A stretch of 61,750 nt of DNA from a virus (lineage: Duplodnaviria; Caudoviricetes): IMG/VR virus record IMGVR_UViG_3300025168_000086, positions 1 through 61,750 of that record. The stretch is one strand, 5' to 3'. Within the stretch, counting starts at the first letter, position 1; each line of letters begins with the position of its first letter. The notes below the pieces were generated by a model, which worked only from the letters and a program-made list of their open reading frames with translations, had not been told where the DNA came from and made no database searches. Shown here piece after piece: positions 59,521 to 61,750 of this stretch. A program made the position numbers and the translations under genes.

Positions 59521-60215
59521 ACTTCTACTTGTTTCCAATTGAATCTAATATAGTCATCTGACCAATCCACTTTTCCAGATTTTTTTTGCTCTAACAATTC
59601 AGAATTCACAAAGCAATCTCTCTCAATATCAGATTCACCATCCGAGTCAATTGTAACATGTAAGTCATATCCTTCATGAACCACATAATTATCTTGACTC
59701 GCTCTCCAGAAAAAAGCAGGATCGTTCATACCATAGTCTTCACAAAAATCTTCATCCCAGGCACCGATACTCCAAAAATCATCTTTTCGAATCATGAATT
59801 GACCGGGAGTTATTTTGTTAGCGTTACTGATTGATGTTCCATTTGTTCTATAGAACTTATAAATGCTCTTGTCTGGTGCCGACTCAATCAGTTCCAGAAG
59901 TTTGTTCATGGTTTCCTCTGGAATGATAGTGTCCATGTCTTGTTTGATAAACCACTCAGTTTGAGTTTTATCGGCACCAAGATTCACTGCACCCGGAACA
60001 TTAAAATAAACGTCATCGGTAACTCTGTAGACATTAAGATCGAACTCACAACTAGAAAAATCAAAATCTTCTGTAGAATTTTTCATCGAACAATCATCTA
60101 CCAAAATAAAATTAACTTCATCTCTCAGATCCTTTGAATATGAATTCCAGTTGTCAATCTGCTTTCTAAGCATTTTATCTTGATTATAATATGTCATAAC
60201 AACTGTCAGTTTCAT
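59517..60215 (-). CDS. GT-A glycosyltransferase (GT2/GT7-like)
   Basis: ILVDDCS, QDMD, IGAWDEDF..YGMND. Confidence 0.8.
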   Translation of the reverse strand: MKLTVVMTYYNQDKMLRKQIDNWNSYSKDLRDEVNFILVDDCSMKNSTEDFDFSSCEFDLNVYRVTDDVYFNVPGAVNLGADKTQTEWFIKQDMDTIIPEETMNKLLELIESAPDKSIYKFYRTNGTSISNANKITPGQFMIRKDDFWSIGAWDEDFCEDYGMNDPAFFWRASQDNYVVHEGYDLHVTIDSDGESDIERDCFVNSELLEQKKSGKVDWSDDYIRFNWKQVEV

Positions 60216-60850
60216 GTGAGTAAGTACCCTTCTCGTTGCCCTTGATTCCAATAATAACCAAAACCGTACTCACCAATCATATTTTCATAAAGTGACATCA
60301 TCGACTCGGGTTTCTTTTTACCATCATCACTTAGAACATGATCAAGACAAATAATACCAGATTTAGCATTTTTTCTAGATGCTAGATAAATATCATTTGC
60401 ATGTACATCATAACTAGATGCACCGTCAATATATACAAAAGAGTATTCAATCAATTGTATCAACGCATCCGACATTTCTGTACTAGAATTTTCCATGTGA
60501 AGGTGTACTGTGTCACTATATGGTTTTGTATTCTTTAAAAATTGAAAATATTTATCGGTTAACTTTTCATTTCCACTTGTACTTTTTCCAGTATTATATG
60601 GATCAATACAAGTAACCTGCCTATCATACCGAGCAGCAACCTCAGCAAGAATAGCAGTAACTCGACCCTTACCACACCCAATCTGTAGAATATCACCCGA
60701 ATGCATCTGTAGTGCATAATCGGCTGTCGCATATATCCTAGCATTCTGTTGCTTGATTCCAAAATTAATTGGTGTCTCCAAGAAAGAATCTCGAATTACT
60801 CTTCTTGGTTCGTGATACTGTTCACATATCATTTTAACTTTATCTAACAT
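60212..60850 (-). CDS. class I SAM methyltransferase (Methyltransf_24-like)
   Basis: LQIGCGKG, CIDPY, FVYIDG..Y, GIICLD. Confidence 0.75.
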   Translation of the reverse strand: MLDKVKMICEQYHEPRRVIRDSFLETPINFGIKQQNARIYATADYALQMHSGDILQIGCGKGRVTAILAEVAARYDRQVTCIDPYNTGKSTSGNEKLTDKYFQFLKNTKPYSDTVHLHMENSSTEMSDALIQLIEYSFVYIDGASSYDVHANDIYLASRKNAKSGIICLDHVLSDDGKKKPESMMSLYENMIGEYGFGYYWNQGQREGYLLT

Positions 60851-60874
60851 TTAATTATCCTTATTGTTACTTTT

Positions 60875-61750
60875 TCAATCATATCTCACCTTATTTCTTG
60901 CATAATCAATACATGCAGCGAGTCCATCTTTCATTTTAACTTTAGTTTCCCACATCAAACATTGTTTTGATTTTATTGGACAACCTAGACTAAATTTATT
61001 TACTTCATCAACAATCCGTTTGCGAGGTAGTGGATGTTTACCAGAAAACAACTCTGGATAATTGTCCCAAAATGTTTCCGGTGAATTGTATTTTGCTGCA
61101 TTGTCCACCATCATGTTACATTTAAAAAGATCATAAATCTCACGAACCGAATAACACTCACCAGAGCAAACATTGAACACCTCACCTGCTAACCCAGAAT
61201 CATGATTCACTAATATATGTATTAGATCAATTAAATCGTCAATATACACATAATCTCGTTTTTGATTTCCGTCTGAGTAAAAAGTTGGTGTTTCACCATA
61301 CAATAAACATTTGGTAATATACCCCAACAAAGGTGGTTGCTTTCTCATGAAATCCTGATGTGGTCCATACACATTAAAAAATCTAAGAATATTAATATCC
61401 ATGTTATAAACATCAACATAAGATTTACACAACAATTCAGCTTGTCTTTTTGTGACAGCGTAAACTAAATTGGGTTCTTTCTCAACCTGATCCTCCTTGA
61501 ATGGAGCGTTCTTGCAGTTTTCATATACAGCACTCGTACTTGCAAATATGACTTTTTTAATGCCATGTAATCTACAAGTTTCTAGGACATTTGCAGTACC
61601 CTCTACATTATTTGAAATTGCAGACACCGGATCTGACTGACAATCGGGGAGAGGGGCAACTCCCGCTAAGTGTAAAACAACATCTGGTTTGTAGGCTTCG
61701 AATAGAAGATTTAGATTACTTCTAATATCATACTCCACAAAAGATCCAAA
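60875..61750 (-). CDS. NAD-dependent sugar epimerase (5'-truncated)
   Basis: HLAGVA, ASTSAVYE, YAVTK, RFFNVYGP, RDYVYIDD. Confidence 0.88.
   Translation of the reverse strand, partial: FGSFVEYDIRSNLNLLFEAYKPDVVLHLAGVAPLPDCQSDPVSAISNNVEGTANVLETCRLHGIKKVIFASTSAVYENCKNAPFKEDQVEKEPNLVYAVTKRQAELLCKSYVDVYNMDINILRFFNVYGPHQDFMRKQPPLLGYITKCLLYGETPTFYSDGNQKRDYVYIDDLIDLIHILVNHDSGLAGEVFNVCSGECYSVREIYDLFKCNMMVDNAAKYNSPETFWDNYPELFSGKHPLPRKRIVDEVNKFSLGCPIKSKQCLMWETKVKMKDGLAACIDYARNKVRYD

Noticed and set aside
1-61750. Stop-codon reassignment
   Set aside because: Conserved genes are intact in the standard code and TAA, TGA and TAG all end plausible genes

Overview
A 61.7-kb segment of a large T4-like (Tevenvirinae/Kyanoviridae-type) myophage genome; no rRNA, tRNA or CRISPR array was seen. 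Recognisable T4-core genes lie on the minus strand in T4 order (gp43 DNA polymerase, uvsX, gp40-like, gp41 helicase, gp61 primase), with thyX, dUTPase, a class II (B12) ribonucleotide reductase, a RuvC-like resolvase, a Cas4-like exonuclease, a CobS/vWA pair and T4 late promoters (TATAAATA). The accessory content points by inference to a Planctomycetota (Phycisphaerales-like) host: a 3127-aa Cys-rich protein with GACC repeats, a dockerin-like insert, two paralogous beta-helix proteins and an OprO/P-like porin. The main candidates for novelty are: (i) three intergenic elements sharing a GTGATCC motif complementary to the 16S rRNA 3' end, two of them sharing 22/23 nt, one in the loop of a long plus-strand stem and one antisense in the porin 3' UTR; (ii) a block of putative capsid-packaged, protease-processed proteins, including a cytidyltransferase-HNH polyprotein, a pre-toxin-like protein and a possibly circularly permuted lysozyme; (iii) a glycosylation cluster next to G-x-T-rich fibre and collagen proteins; (iv) a possible lysis cassette with a lipoprotein serine protease. 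All family calls come from motif recognition by eye, not from database searches.
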